Of a DNA stretch of 64,000 nt, positions 19,296 through 30,234 are shown one piece after another. The stretch covers positions 394 through 64,393 of the forward strand of contig JANQQB010000278.1 of assembly GCA_028285165.1 (NCBI GenBank), given 5' to 3'. Numbering within the stretch: the stretch's first letter is position 1; every line of letters starts with the position of its first letter. The DNA is from Rhodobiaceae bacterium. GTDB lineage: Bacteria > Pseudomonadota > Alphaproteobacteria > Rhizobiales > JANQQB01. A program made the position numbers and the translations under genes. Below the pieces are notes generated by a model, which saw only the letters and a list, made by a program, of their open reading frames with translations, ran no database searches and was not told the origin of the DNA.

Positions 19296-20245
19296 TACAG
19301 GCGCACCTCCCCAATCAGACCGCGCGGCCTGTCGCGGCCCGCGCCGCCGGCATCGGACGCCGAAAGCCCGGCGTAAAGCGCCAACAACGGTTCGGATGCG
19401 GGCCTGTCGGTGTGGTGAATCTGGAATGTCCAGCCAAGTCGGTCGACAAACAGCCGGAGCCGTTCACGGCGCTCGCGCATGCGCTCCAGATAGTGCTCTC
19501 GCCAATCCTCGGCACGTCCCGAAACCAGCTTCATGCCGGTTTCGGGATCGATGAATTCGGTTCGCCCGCCAAAGGGAAAGGTTTCTTCCAGCGGATCCAG
19601 AACCTGGACGAGATGACCCCGCGCGCCCGAGGCTGCAAGTCCGTCAAGCCACGTCGTCAGGTCGGACACAAGGTCAAGGAAATCGCCGATCACGATGACC
19701 TCGGAGAACTCGCGGACCATCTGCGTGTCCGGCCACGCGGCGTCGAGCTTGGCGTGCAGAAGGGTATTGGAGACAAGTTCGGCGGCATTGCGGCTGGCGA
19801 CAGGACGCGACAGGCCGAGCACGCCGACCCGTTCGCCGCCGCGGGCCAAGAGGTCGGCAACCGCAAACATGAGAACCAGCGACCGTTCGCGTTTGGTCAC
19901 CGGTGCCAGATCCGACTTGAAATTCATGGACGAGGAAAGGTCGGTCCAAAGCCAGGCAGTATGGGCCGCCTCCCATTCCTGTTCGCGGACATAAATATGG
20001 TCGTCGCGTGCCGACCGCCGCCAATCGACCGCCTGCGTGGTCTCACCACTGACAAACGGCCGGAATTGCCAGAAGGTTTCGCCCGGTCCGCTGCGCCGGC
20101 GGCCATGCCAGCCGGCGACGATGGTATTGGAAATCCGCCGCGCCTCGACCAGAAGATCGGGAAGCGACTTGGCGAGCGATCGACCTTCGCCGAGCAGTTT
20201 CGGCCAAGATTTATCTTCGGATGGTTTTCTGAAGCCCAGTGCCAT
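19295..20245 (-). CDS. DUF58 domain protein
   Basis: GWHGRRRSGPGETFWQFRP, VDWRRSA, VREQEWE motifs. Confidence 0.92.
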   Translation of the reverse strand: MALGFRKPSEDKSWPKLLGEGRSLAKSLPDLLVEARRISNTIVAGWHGRRRSGPGETFWQFRPFVSGETTQAVDWRRSARDDHIYVREQEWEAAHTAWLWTDLSSSMNFKSDLAPVTKRERSLVLMFAVADLLARGGERVGVLGLSRPVASRNAAELVSNTLLHAKLDAAWPDTQMVREFSEVIVIGDFLDLVSDLTTWLDGLAASGARGHLVQVLDPLEETFPFGGRTEFIDPETGMKLVSGRAEDWREHYLERMRERRERLRLFVDRLGWTFQIHHTDRPASEPLLALYAGLSASDAGGAGRDRPRGLIGEVRL

Positions 20246-20264
20246 GTGCTGTGCCTGTGCTCCG

Positions 20265-21272
20265 TTACCCGAGTTTGGCCTTCACCTCGCCAATCACGTC
20301 GCGAACGGTCTTGCCGTCGGCGCGGGCAGCGAAGGTCAGCGCCATGCGGTGTTGCAGTACCGGTTCCGCCAGAGCGATCACGTCGTCGACCGACGGCGCC
20401 AGGCGCCCGTCGATCAGGGCCCGGGCCCTAACGGCGAGCATCAGCGCCTGGCTGGCTCGGGGACCGGCGCCCCAGGCAATCAATCGGGCGACCGAATCCT
20501 CGGCGTCGTCGGGTCGTGTCGCGCGGACCAGTTCAAGAATTGCCTCGATCACGCTTTCGCCGACCGGCAGGCGGCGCACAAGTCCCTGCAATTGCATGAG
20601 TTCAGCGCCGTCCAGAACTGCGTCCGCACCGCCTTCCTCTACCCCGGTCGTCTCGATCAGGATCTGACGTTCCGCATCGCGGTCCGGATAGACGACGTCG
20701 ATCTGCATGATAAAGCGATCAAGCTGGGCTTCCGGCAGCGGATAGGTGCCTTCCTGTTCCAGCGGGTTCTGGGTTGCCAACACATGGAACGGGCGCTGCA
20801 GATCGTGATGCGCGCCGGTGATCGTCACATGATATTCCTGCATGGCCTGCAGCAGGGCCGACTGGGTGCGCGGGCTGGCCCGGTTGATTTCGTCCGCCAT
20901 CAGCAATTGCGTGAAGATCGGACCCTTGATGAAGCGGAAGGATCGCGAGCCGTCCGGATTCTGATCGAGCACTTCGCTGCCCAGAATGTCCGACGGCATC
21001 AGATCCGGCGTGAACTGGATCCGGTTCGTCGAGATGCCGAGCACGGTCCCCATTGTCTCGACCAGTTTGGTCTTGGCCAGTCCGGGGACACCCACCAGGA
21101 GACCGTGTCCGCCGGCCAGAATCGTCACCAGTGCGTTGTCGATGACGCTTTCCTGGCCGAAGATCACGCCGCCGATCGCCTTGCGGGCGGCGGCGATCCG
21201 TCCCACCGCCTTTTCCGCTTCCGCTACAATTGCCGCATCGGTCTGGTGATCGCCGCGATCAATCACTGTCAT
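20265..21272 (-). CDS. MoxR-family AAA+ ATPase
   Basis: GVPGLAKT, RIQFTPDLMPSD, DEINRASPRTQSALL, ATQNPLEQEGTYPLPEAQLDRF. Confidence 0.95.
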   Translation of the reverse strand: MTVIDRGDHQTDAAIVAEAEKAVGRIAAARKAIGGVIFGQESVIDNALVTILAGGHGLLVGVPGLAKTKLVETMGTVLGISTNRIQFTPDLMPSDILGSEVLDQNPDGSRSFRFIKGPIFTQLLMADEINRASPRTQSALLQAMQEYHVTITGAHHDLQRPFHVLATQNPLEQEGTYPLPEAQLDRFIMQIDVVYPDRDAERQILIETTGVEEGGADAVLDGAELMQLQGLVRRLPVGESVIEAILELVRATRPDDAEDSVARLIAWGAGPRASQALMLAVRARALIDGRLAPSVDDVIALAEPVLQHRMALTFAARADGKTVRDVIGEVKAKLG

Positions 21273-21532
21273 GGCCACACATCCTGTCCCAGTTGTCTGA
21301 AGCTGTTTAAGTTTTCTGAATTGTCCCTTCGGGTCTCCGCCGACCCCAGAACACGCCCCTTCTGCAATGTAGTTCGGCGGGCCGGAATTGCGATGATAGG
21401 CGCCGAGCCCGCGACGATTAAATCACACTTTCGAGCGATTCGAGCGAAATTGATGGTGCGCGATATCGCTTTGCATTTGACTGGAACCGGCATCCGGTGA
21501 CAATCGCCGCGAGGTAAGCCGCGTGCTCGGAA

Positions 21533-22156
21533 ATGGCGGATATGGCAGGTGAATTCGAAACTCACGGGCTCGGACAGGTTCCCGGCGAACTGGAAGCGCT
21601 GATTGCCCGCGCCGGAGGCCTCGGCGCGCTTAAGCCACCGGTTCATAAGTGGAATCCGCCGCACAGCGGCGCCATCGACATGCGCATTGCGGCCGACGGA
21701 TTGTGGTATTATCGGGGCTCATCGATCGGTCGGGAAGCGCTGGTGCGGCTGTTTGCCTCCGTCCTGCGCAAGGACGGTGACGACTATGTGCTCGTGACGC
21801 CGGTCGAAAAGGTGGGGATTACGGTCGAGGATGCGCCATTTGTCGCGGTGGAGTTACAGGTCGTCGGCACCGGCAAGACTCAACAATTGGTGTTGCGGAC
21901 CAATGTCGGCGACGTCGTAAGCGTGGGCAAACAGCATCCCTTGCGGTTTGAGGAAGAAAAAGCCACCGAAGGACAGAAGCCCTACGTGCTCGTACGTGAC
22001 CGCCTGGAGGCCAGACTCGCGCGGCCGCTGCTTTATGAGCTTGCCGAAATCGGTGTCATTGAAAAGGTCTCCGATACGCCGTACTTTGGCGTCTGGAGCA
22101 CCGGCGAGTTTTATCCGATGGTGCCGGAAAGTGAGATCTCGGAATATCTGGAATGA
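21533..22156 (+). CDS. DUF1285 family protein
   Basis: PPVHKWNP, IDMRIAADGLWYY, LVTPVEK, VEDAPF motifs. Confidence 0.9.
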   Translation: MADMAGEFETHGLGQVPGELEALIARAGGLGALKPPVHKWNPPHSGAIDMRIAADGLWYYRGSSIGREALVRLFASVLRKDGDDYVLVTPVEKVGITVEDAPFVAVELQVVGTGKTQQLVLRTNVGDVVSVGKQHPLRFEEEKATEGQKPYVLVRDRLEARLARPLLYELAEIGVIEKVSDTPYFGVWSTGEFYPMVPESEISEYLE

Positions 22157-22836
22157 TTGCGGCGCCGGACGCCAAATCCGCCTTGCCTGAGCTCACGCCC
22201 CCATCGCGTTTCAACGCCTGTGATGTCCGGCGACGCTCGGAGCGGCTCAAACGTCTTGGCGAAGACGTGCTCGCGCAGGAGCCGGACAGTGGTGATTTCC
22301 TCCTCAATCCGGATATCGCAGCTTCCCTGAAAAGCCGGTCCGCCCGCGATGCCGCCGTGCTCGTGCCGATCGTCCGTCGGGAGCCTGAAGCGACCGTCCT
22401 ATTGACCCGACGGACAGACCACCTGCCGTCCCATGCCGGCCAGATCGCCTTTCCCGGCGGCAAAATCGATGCCGACGACAACGGGCCGGTGGCGGCATCC
22501 CTCAGGGAAGCCCACGAAGAGATCGGCCTTGCGTCGGAATCTGTGGACCTTCTGGGTTTCGGCGATACTTATGTGACCGGGTCCGGATACAGAATCGTTC
22601 CCGTGGTCGGTCTGGTCGAAGCGGATCCGGATCTGACGGTCAATCGCGATGAGGTCGCTGCGATTTTTGAGGTGCCGTTGTCGTTCCTGATGGATGCGCG
22701 CAACCACCATCAGGGGCGCCGCACCTGGCAGGGCCGGGAACGCAAGTTCTATGTGATGCCCTATTACGAACACTATATCTGGGGCGTCACGGCGGGGATT
22801 GTCCGCACGCTCTACGAACGGATGTATGAGTCATGA
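22153..22836 (+). CDS. CoA pyrophosphatase (NudL-type Nudix)
   Basis: AAVLVP, LLTRR, HAGQIAFPGG, LREAHEEIG, IWGVTAGI motifs. Confidence 0.92.
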   Translation: MIAAPDAKSALPELTPPSRFNACDVRRRSERLKRLGEDVLAQEPDSGDFLLNPDIAASLKSRSARDAAVLVPIVRREPEATVLLTRRTDHLPSHAGQIAFPGGKIDADDNGPVAASLREAHEEIGLASESVDLLGFGDTYVTGSGYRIVPVVGLVEADPDLTVNRDEVAAIFEVPLSFLMDARNHHQGRRTWQGRERKFYVMPYYEHYIWGVTAGIVRTLYERMYES

Positions 22837-23123
22837 TACGCGTCGTGCTGATCAACCTAGTGCTGTTCCTGTTGCCGTTCATCGCCTATGCGGCGTTCCT
22901 GTATTTCCGGAAGGGACGGTTCAACGCGCTGGAAGAGCTGTCAGGCCGGACGTTTTATTGGCTGGTCGGCGGGGGAGCGGCCTGCGTGGTGATCGGGCTG
23001 GCATCGCTGGCGACCTTTCAGACAGGTGATCCGAATGCGATCTACGAGCCGGCCCGGTTCGAAGACGGTGTCCTGAAACCCGGTCGATTCCGCAGCCCAG
23101 ACGAAGAACCCGAGCCGGAGTGA
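22833..23123 (+). CDS. DUF6111-like small membrane protein
   Basis: LFLLPF...Y, second TM helix, YEPARFEDGVLKPG; ATGA coupling to the upstream gene. Confidence 0.78.
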   Translation: MIRVVLINLVLFLLPFIAYAAFLYFRKGRFNALEELSGRTFYWLVGGGAACVVIGLASLATFQTGDPNAIYEPARFEDGVLKPGRFRSPDEEPEPE

Positions 23124-23213
23124 CCGGGCCGTTCCAGAGTGCCGCCTGGCCCATGCCCGGGACGTGTGCAGGCAATTGGTATAAAAACACGTTGAAAAAA
23201 ACGGTCGACGGGC

Positions 23214-24461
23214 ATGGAACCGGTACCTGGATTTAGTCTTTCGGGCGAATGGCTGGAGGCGGTGCCGGTGCAGCGCCTCCTGAACGTCTTGAACACACAG
23301 GGCGAACGGGCGCTCGTTGTCGGCGGCGCGGTCCGCAACGCGCTGATGCAGCGCCCGGTGTCCGATGTGGACATTGCGACAACCGCGCTTCCGGACAAGA
23401 CCCGCATGCTGGTCGAAAGTGTCGGCTTCAAAGCCGTGCCCACCGGCATCGAGCACGGCACGCTGACCGCTGTCCGCGGCGGCCAGGGGATCGAAATCAC
23501 CACGCTTCGAACCGATGTGGAGACCGATGGCCGGCGTGCCGTCGTGGCCTTCGGACGATCCTGGCAGATCGATGCGGAACGACGCGATTTCACGATGAAC
23601 GCGCTGTATTGCGATGCGGACGGTAGAGTGTTCGATCCGGTCGGCGGGCTTGCGGACTGCCGGACGCGCACGGTGCGCTTCATCGGCGATCCGGACCGGC
23701 GTTTGGCGGAAGACTATTTGCGGCTTATGCGGTTTTTCCGGTTCTACGCTCAGTTCGGCAGCGGCGCGCCGGATGCCGAGGGGCTTGCCGCGTGCATCCG
23801 CGTGCGCGCCGACATGCGCCGGGTCTCGGTTGAACGCATCGCCCAGGAGATGCGCAAACTGATGGTCGCTCCGGGCGCTGCAGCTGCATGCCGTCTGCTT
23901 GCCGATACCGGCCTCGCGCAAGCCCTGTTCGCCGCCGCACCCAATCCGGCGTATCTTGCGGCCCTGTTGGACAGCGACACCGGTCTCGATCCGACGGTCG
24001 CCGTCGAGGCCGCACTTGCGGCCTATCTCTGTTATGGCGGGGAGGGGGCGTCTGCGCTTGCCCGTCGCCTCAAGCTTTCCAATCGGGAACGCCGCAATCT
24101 GGTGGCGATCAGCACGCTTGCGTTCGTTGCCTGGCGTGCCGCATTGCCGGATCGTTCTGGAATGGTCGAATGTGTGCGGGCGCATGGCAAGCCGATTGTC
24201 GCAGCAGCCATTCTGGTGGCTGTGGCCCGTGGCGGATTGTCCGACACCATGGACCCGAGCGATATCCTTGCCTTTCTGGCCGGTCTAACGCCGCCGGAAT
24301 TTCCGCTAAGGGGCAGGGATCTAATGGCCGCGGGCATTGCGCCTGGTCCGGGGCTCGGCGTGCTTCTCGACCGTGCCGAAGAAGCGTGGCGCGCGTCGGG
24401 CTACGCGGACGATCGGGACGCGCTCCTGGCCCGGGTCCGGTCCTGGGCGGAAAAAACCTGA
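23214..24461 (+). CDS. cca: CCA tRNA nucleotidyltransferase
   Basis: VGGAVRN, DVDIAT, HGT, EITTLR, RRDFTMNAL, EDYLR motifs. Confidence 0.9.
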   Translation: MEPVPGFSLSGEWLEAVPVQRLLNVLNTQGERALVVGGAVRNALMQRPVSDVDIATTALPDKTRMLVESVGFKAVPTGIEHGTLTAVRGGQGIEITTLRTDVETDGRRAVVAFGRSWQIDAERRDFTMNALYCDADGRVFDPVGGLADCRTRTVRFIGDPDRRLAEDYLRLMRFFRFYAQFGSGAPDAEGLAACIRVRADMRRVSVERIAQEMRKLMVAPGAAAACRLLADTGLAQALFAAAPNPAYLAALLDSDTGLDPTVAVEAALAAYLCYGGEGASALARRLKLSNRERRNLVAISTLAFVAWRAALPDRSGMVECVRAHGKPIVAAAILVAVARGGLSDTMDPSDILAFLAGLTPPEFPLRGRDLMAAGIAPGPGLGVLLDRAEEAWRASGYADDRDALLARVRSWAEKT

Positions 24462-24485
24462 AGCGACCCCATTTTGGCGGTCAGG

Positions 24486-25394
24486 TCACGGCCATTTGGC
24501 GACCGGTGGCATGGAGGACAGGATCGAGTCGACGTTGCCGCCGGTCTTCAGGCCGAAGATCGTGCCGCGATCGTAGAGAAGATTGAATTCCACGTAGCGT
24601 CCGCGGCGGATCAATTGCTCCTCGCGATCGGCTTCGGACCAAGCCGTGTCCGCATTGGCGCGCACCAGGGTCGGATAGATGTCACGGAAGGCGCGGCCGA
24701 CATCGCGGGTAAAGGCAAAATCGGCGTCCCAGTCCCCGGAATTCAGGTAATCGTAGAAGATGCCGCCGATGCCGCGCATCTCGTTGCGGTGTTTGAGGAA
24801 GAAATAGTCGTCGCACCAGGCCTTGTAGCGGTCGTAATCGGCCACGGCGTGTCCGGCGCAGGCGTCTTTCATGGCCGCATGAAAAGCCTTGGTGTCCGGA
24901 TCGTCCTGAGTTCGCCGGCGATCGAGGACCGGCGTCAGATCGGCACCGCCGCCGAACCATTGGCGCGCCGTCACCACCATGCGCGTGTTCATGTGCACGG
25001 CCGGGATGTTCGGATTGTGCAGGTGTGCGATCAACGAGATGCCGGACGCCCAGAAGCGCGGATCCTCCTCCGAACCGGGAATCTGGCCGCGAAACTCCGG
25101 AGAGAACTCCCCATGGACGGTCGACACATGTACGCCGACCTTTTCAAAGACGCGCCCGCTCATCAGGCTCATCACACCGCCGCCGCCATCGGCGCCGGAA
25201 TGGTCGGTGCGCTGCCACGGTGTGCGCACGAACCGGCCGGCATCGGCCGAAGCGCCGGTCGAATCGAAGTCGTCCTCGAGCGTTTCGAAGGCGGCACAGA
25301 TGGAATCGCGCAATTCGGCAAACCAGGCGCTTGCCGCCTGTTTCTTCTGGTCGAGATCGGCCGGGAGAGGATGGTCGGGTACTTTTGGCTTCAT
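24486..25394 (-). CDS. hemF: Oxygen-dependent coproporphyrinogen III oxidase
   Basis: [44 protein letters not shown]; start moved to ATG 25394. Confidence 0.96.
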   Translation of the reverse strand: MKPKVPDHPLPADLDQKKQAASAWFAELRDSICAAFETLEDDFDSTGASADAGRFVRTPWQRTDHSGADGGGGVMSLMSGRVFEKVGVHVSTVHGEFSPEFRGQIPGSEEDPRFWASGISLIAHLHNPNIPAVHMNTRMVVTARQWFGGGADLTPVLDRRRTQDDPDTKAFHAAMKDACAGHAVADYDRYKAWCDDYFFLKHRNEMRGIGGIFYDYLNSGDWDADFAFTRDVGRAFRDIYPTLVRANADTAWSEADREEQLIRRGRYVEFNLLYDRGTIFGLKTGGNVDSILSSMPPVAKWP

Positions 25395-25536
25395 GTCTGC
25401 CTCGTCTTGCGCGGGACGTGCATGCCGTCCGCTGGCGTATTCGGGTCCCGCCTTCCCAGGACACGGGCTCCCCGGGCATTCCATGAAACAGGCCAAATGG
25501 CAACCGGTCGGGCAGACAGCCCGCCGGTCACGCGTG

Positions 25537-25998
25537 TCATTTCGGAAAGCCGCCGGTTTGACGCAACGCTTCGCCGAGCGCCATGGCGCAGGCCAGCGCG
25601 ACGTTAAGCGAGCGTGTGCCCGCTTGCATGGGGACGCGAATCCGGTCGACAATTTCGGCGTGCACCTTGTCCGGAACGCCGGCGGATTCTCTGCCCAGTA
25701 GAAGAACATCGTCGCGACGGAAGGAAAAGTCGGTATAGGCAAGATCGGCCTTGGTGGTGAGCAAGACGATACGGCGCCGGGCAATAGGGTCGGACGATCG
25801 AAAGGCCTCCCAGGACACATGGCGGGTGACGCTGGCACGTTCCAGGTAATCCATGCCGGCACGCCGAAACGCTTTGTCCGTCAGGGTGAACCCGGCCGGG
25901 CCGATGATATCCACGGCAACGCCGAGACAGGCGCCCAGTCGAACTATAGTACCCGTGTTCTGGGGAATGTCAGGCTGATAGAGTGCAACGCGCAGCAT
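25537..25998 (-). CDS. trmL: tRNA (cytidine/uridine-34-2'-O)-methyltransferase (SPOUT)
   Basis: [32 protein letters not shown]; start moved to ATG 25998. Confidence 0.93.
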   Translation of the reverse strand: MLRVALYQPDIPQNTGTIVRLGACLGVAVDIIGPAGFTLTDKAFRRAGMDYLERASVTRHVSWEAFRSSDPIARRRIVLLTTKADLAYTDFSFRRDDVLLLGRESAGVPDKVHAEIVDRIRVPMQAGTRSLNVALACAMALGEALRQTGGFPK

Positions 25999-26300
25999 TT
26001 TTGCGGCTTCCCTGGGAGCCGTCGTCTTGAACCAGTCGTGCATTGCGTATATGCGAATAATTCTAACCTCGAAACGCCGGATTGCGACAAACGGTCCGAG
26101 TGGCAACCGGTTAGCTGGACTTGGCGTATTGACGGTGAGAGACAGGTCAGACGGCAAATGGTTTGGACCCGGAATTCGGGTTGCGCACAGACCGAATGTC
26201 GACCTGGCCACCCGGGCGAACACCGGCGAATGTTCGTTTGGCGGAAGCCGTGTGTCGGGCCGGGCATTAGGAATGGCAGGAAGACTGAAGGGGTAAGACC

Positions 26301-26867
26301 GTGACAGATTCACAAAAACCCGAACCGGGCCGGCGGGACTTTCTCGTTCTCGCCACCGGGGCGATGGGCGCCGTCGGAGCGGCCGGCATGGCGTGGCCGT
26401 TGATCGCGCAGATGAACCCCGATGCGTCGGCCTTGGCCCTGGCGTCGACGGAAGTCGATATCTCCTCGATCGAACCCGGTCAGAGCATTCGCGTCATGTG
26501 GCGCGGCAAGCCCGTTTTCGTGCGGTATCGCACGGAAGAGGAAGTCGAGGCCGCTCGGGCAGTGTCAATAAGCGACCTGCCGGACCCGGACGCCCGCAAC
26601 GCCAATGCCGAAGGGGAAGAAGCGACCGACGAAAATCGCGCCATCCCGGGTCGGGAGGCCTGGCTGGTCATGGTCGGCGTCTGCACGCATCTGGGCTGTA
26701 TCCCGATCGGCGATGTCGGCAATAACGGCGATTACGGCGGCTGGTTCTGTCCGTGCCACGGATCGCACTACGACACAGCCGGACGGATCCGAAAGGGACC
26801 GGCACCGGAAAATCTGCCCATTCCGCCGTTTGAATTCGTCTCAGACAACGTTCTGAGAATTGGTTGA
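26301..26867 (+). CDS. petA: Ubiquinol-cytochrome c reductase Rieske Fe-S subunit
   Basis: Tat motif RRDFL; CTHLGC and CPCHGS. Confidence 0.97.
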   Translation: MTDSQKPEPGRRDFLVLATGAMGAVGAAGMAWPLIAQMNPDASALALASTEVDISSIEPGQSIRVMWRGKPVFVRYRTEEEVEAARAVSISDLPDPDARNANAEGEEATDENRAIPGREAWLVMVGVCTHLGCIPIGDVGNNGDYGGWFCPCHGSHYDTAGRIRKGPAPENLPIPPFEFVSDNVLRIG

Positions 26868-26888
26868 TCGAGGAGGCGAGAAACCAGC

Positions 26889-28178
26889 ATGTCCGGACAT
26901 TCCAGCTATGTACCGTCGACGGGCTTCGAAAAGTGGCTCGATCGTCGGCTCCCCATCATTCGTTTCATGCATGCCGAAACTTCGGGTTTCCCGTGTCCGA
27001 AAAACCTCAGCTATTTCTGGACTTTCGGCGCGATCCTGACCTTCATGCTGGTGGTGCAGATCATCACCGGCATCGTGTTGGTCATGCATTACACGCCCCA
27101 TACCGACATGGCGTTCGCCTCCGTTGAACACATCATGCGGAACGTCAATTACGGCTGGCTGCTGCGCTATGTGCACGCGAACGGCGCGTCGATGTTTTTC
27201 ATCGCGGTCTATATTCATATGTTCCGTGGGCTGTACTATGGATCCTACAAGGAACCACGGGAAGTCCTCTGGATTCTTGGCGTCATCATCTTCCTCCTGA
27301 TGATGGCAACCGCCTTCATGGGCTACGTCCTGCCCTGGGGCCAGATGAGCTTCTGGGGCGCCACGGTGATCACCAACCTGTTCTCCGCGCTGCCGCTGGT
27401 CGGCGAGCCGGTCGTGCAATGGCTGTGGGGCGGTTTTGCGGTCGACAACCCGACGCTGAACCGGTTCTTCTCGCTGCACTACCTGCTGCCGTTCATGATC
27501 CTGGGCGTGGTCATCCTGCACATCTGGGCGCTGCATGTGGCCGGAAACGGCAACCCGACCGGCGTGTCGGTCAAGTCCAAACAGGATACGGTACCGTTCC
27601 ATCCCTACGTGACGATGAAAGACGGGTTTGCGCTGGTTTGCTTCCTGATCTTCTTTGCGTATTTCGTCTTCTACATTCCCAATTATCTGGGTCACGCCGA
27701 TAACTATATCCCGGCGGATCCGCTGGTGACACCGGCGCATATCGTTCCGGAATGGTACTTCCTGCCGTTCTACGCGATCCTGCGGGCCGTGCCGGATAAA
27801 CTCGGCGGTGTGCTGCTGATGTTTGGCGCCATCGCGGTGCTGTTCATCCTGCCCTGGCTCGACACCTCGAAAGTGCGCTCGGCTGCCTTCCGGCCGCTCT
27901 ACAAGCAGGCGTTCTGGATCTTCGTGGTGGTCTGCATCGCGCTCGGATGGCTTGGCGGACAGCCGGCCGAAGGGGGTTACGTGATTGCGGCCCGCATCTT
28001 CACGTTCCTCTATTTCGCATTCTTCCTGATCGTGATGCCGCTGCTTGGAATCATTGAAACACCCAAGAAGCTGCCGGAAAGCATATCCCAATCGGTGCTC
28101 GAGAAGGCCAAGGCGCTCGGGTCTGGCGGCGCCGCGCAGCCGGCGGGATCCGCGGCCGCACCGGATAAGAATGCCTGA
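26889..28178 (+). CDS. petB: Cytochrome b of the bc1 complex
   Basis: [29 protein letters not shown] motifs. Confidence 0.98.
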   Translation: MSGHSSYVPSTGFEKWLDRRLPIIRFMHAETSGFPCPKNLSYFWTFGAILTFMLVVQIITGIVLVMHYTPHTDMAFASVEHIMRNVNYGWLLRYVHANGASMFFIAVYIHMFRGLYYGSYKEPREVLWILGVIIFLLMMATAFMGYVLPWGQMSFWGATVITNLFSALPLVGEPVVQWLWGGFAVDNPTLNRFFSLHYLLPFMILGVVILHIWALHVAGNGNPTGVSVKSKQDTVPFHPYVTMKDGFALVCFLIFFAYFVFYIPNYLGHADNYIPADPLVTPAHIVPEWYFLPFYAILRAVPDKLGGVLLMFGAIAVLFILPWLDTSKVRSAAFRPLYKQAFWIFVVVCIALGWLGGQPAEGGYVIAARIFTFLYFAFFLIVMPLLGIIETPKKLPESISQSVLEKAKALGSGGAAQPAGSAAAPDKNA

Positions 28179-28248
28179 GGGCGGGCAACTGCCATGGAAC
28201 CCGGGGCGGGTCCTTTGATTGGCCCCAGAGACTATACGGCGATTGAAA

Positions 28249-28285
28249 CGCGCGTCCGGGATGACGTTCATGTCCCGGCCGCGCG
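28249..28285 (+). other. Intergenic stem-loop between petB and petC
   Basis: CGCGCG-T-CCGGGA ... TCCCGG-C-CGCGCG imperfect inverted repeat with no U tract. Confidence 0.5.
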
Positions 28286-28324
28286 CTTGAAAACCGCCGA
28301 GCGAAGAAAGAGGAAGTCCCTTCG

Positions 28325-29167
28325 ATGATCCTGAAAAACGCACTCTTGGGAACCATGGCGGTCCTGACCGTGGGCGTGCTGGCTGCCGGCGATGCCCGGG
28401 CGGCAAGCTATGATGTGCATATCGAGCGCCAGGACTGGTCGTTTGCCGGACCGTTTGGAACGTTCGATCCGGCACAATTGCAGCGCGGCTACAAAGTCTA
28501 TCGCGAGGTCTGTGCGAGCTGCCACGGTATGGATCTGGTGGCGTTCCGCAATCTGTCGGATCCGGGCGGACCCGGCTTTACCGAAGACGAAGTCAAGGCG
28601 ATCGCAGCAGAGTACGAAATCGAGGACGGGCCTGACGAGTTCGGGGACATGTTCATGCGGCCGGGACGGCCGTCCGACAGTCATCCTGCGCCGTTCGCGA
28701 ACGAACAGGCTGCACGAGCCTCCAACAACAATGCGTATCCGGTGGACTTTTCCCTGATCGCGAAAGCCCGGCACATCAGCAGCGGCTTTCCCGGGTTCCT
28801 CATCGACATCTTCACCCAATACCAGGAAGCCGGTCCGGACTATATCTACTCGCTTCTGACCGGTTACCGTGATCCGCCGGAAGGCGTCGAGGTCGGCGAC
28901 GGTCAATACTACAACATCAGCTTTATCGCAGGGAACGCCCTGTCGATGGCGCCGCCTCTGGATGATGGTTTCGTCGAATATACAGACGGAACGCCGGAGA
29001 CCCTGCAGCAATATTCCCGCGACGTGTCGGCCTTCCTGATGTGGGCTGCCGAGCCGAAACTGATGGAGCGCAAGCAGACCGGTCTGGTCGTGATGATCTT
29101 CCTCGTCGCCTTCGCGTTCCTGATGTATTACAGCAAGCGCAAGCTGTGGGCTGACGTCGACCACTGA
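28325..29167 (+). CDS. petC: Cytochrome c1
   Basis: Signal peptide, QRGYKVYREVCASCH, MAPPL, WAAEP, C-terminal TM helix. Confidence 0.97.
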   Translation: MILKNALLGTMAVLTVGVLAAGDARAASYDVHIERQDWSFAGPFGTFDPAQLQRGYKVYREVCASCHGMDLVAFRNLSDPGGPGFTEDEVKAIAAEYEIEDGPDEFGDMFMRPGRPSDSHPAPFANEQAARASNNNAYPVDFSLIAKARHISSGFPGFLIDIFTQYQEAGPDYIYSLLTGYRDPPEGVEVGDGQYYNISFIAGNALSMAPPLDDGFVEYTDGTPETLQQYSRDVSAFLMWAAEPKLMERKQTGLVVMIFLVAFAFLMYYSKRKLWADVDH

Positions 29168-29200
29168 CCGGCTCTCGGTAACGCACGGCAAGACAGGATG

Positions 29201-29226
29201 AAGGGCCCTCCAGCAGGGCCCTTTTT
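29201..29226 (+). terminator. Rho-independent terminator of petABC
   Basis: AAGGGCCCT-CCAGC-AGGGCCCTT followed by TTT. Confidence 0.85.
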
Positions 29227-29312
29227 CGTCGTTGGAATTTAAGGTTAATTGGCTCTTCTGATCCGACGCGGCGTTTGCTAAGACACGCAGTCGGACGATG
29301 GAAGGGCAGTAC

Positions 29313-30188
29313 ATGAGCGAAGCGGTATTGGGTGTTCTGGGCGGATCGGGCGTATACGACCTGCCAGGACTTGAGGATGCACGGTGGGAGACCGTGACAG
29401 GGCCGTGGGGCGATCCCTCGGACCAGCTTCGTCTCGGCACGATCGACGGGCTTCAGGTGGCGTTCCTGCCGCGTCACGGGCGCGGCCACCCGCATGCCCC
29501 CACGAGCATCAATTACAGGGCGAACATCGACGCATTGAAACGGGTCGGGGTAACCGATCTCGTCTCGGTGTCGGCATGCGGTTCGCTCAAGGAGGAGCTG
29601 TCGCCCGGCACTTTCGTGCTGGTGGACCAGTTCGTCGACCGGACGTTTTCGCGTCAGAAGAGTTTCTTCGGTCATGGCTGCGTCGCCCATGTCTCCTTCG
29701 GCGACCCGGTCAGTCCTCTGCTCGTCGATCAGGTCGAGGCGGCCGCGCAGGCGGAAGACATCCCGCATGTGCGCGGCGGCACCTATCTTGCGATGGAGGG
29801 CCCGCAATTCTCTACGCTTGCCGAATCCCACCTCTATCGATCCTGGGGCTGCTCGGTCATCGGCATGACCAACATGCCGGAGGCCAAACTCGCCCGTGAA
29901 GCCGAGATCTGCTACGCGACCGTCGCGATGGTGACGGATTACGATTGCTGGCACCATGAGCATGAAGCCGTTGACGTGCAGAGCATCATCAAGGTGCTCG
30001 GCGAAAACCGGGACAAGGCGCAGCGCCTGATTGCCCGGCTCGCCCGAACCTTGCCGCGCGAGCACGAACCGTGCCCGATCGGATCGGACACGGCGCTCGA
30101 CTATGCTCTGATCACCGCTCCGGACGCGCGGGATCCGGCTCTGGTGAAAAAACTCGACGCGGTGGCGGGCCGCGTCCTCAACGCGTGA
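29313..30188 (+). CDS. mtnP: S-methyl-5'-thioadenosine phosphorylase
   Basis: [46 protein letters not shown] motifs. Confidence 0.95.
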   Translation: MSEAVLGVLGGSGVYDLPGLEDARWETVTGPWGDPSDQLRLGTIDGLQVAFLPRHGRGHPHAPTSINYRANIDALKRVGVTDLVSVSACGSLKEELSPGTFVLVDQFVDRTFSRQKSFFGHGCVAHVSFGDPVSPLLVDQVEAAAQAEDIPHVRGGTYLAMEGPQFSTLAESHLYRSWGCSVIGMTNMPEAKLAREAEICYATVAMVTDYDCWHHEHEAVDVQSIIKVLGENRDKAQRLIARLARTLPREHEPCPIGSDTALDYALITAPDARDPALVKKLDAVAGRVLNA

Positions 30189-30234
30189 TCCCAGTCCGCC
30201 CCCTTCCAGCCTGACCCCCACCCGGGAGCCGTCC

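Noticed and set aside
25395-25862. N-terminal extensions of hemF (and similarly trmL, pth, pgeF, M24, doc, PhnD-like) in the ORF track
   Set aside because: They overlap neighbouring genes or intergenic DNA; family homology starts at the downstream start codons used.
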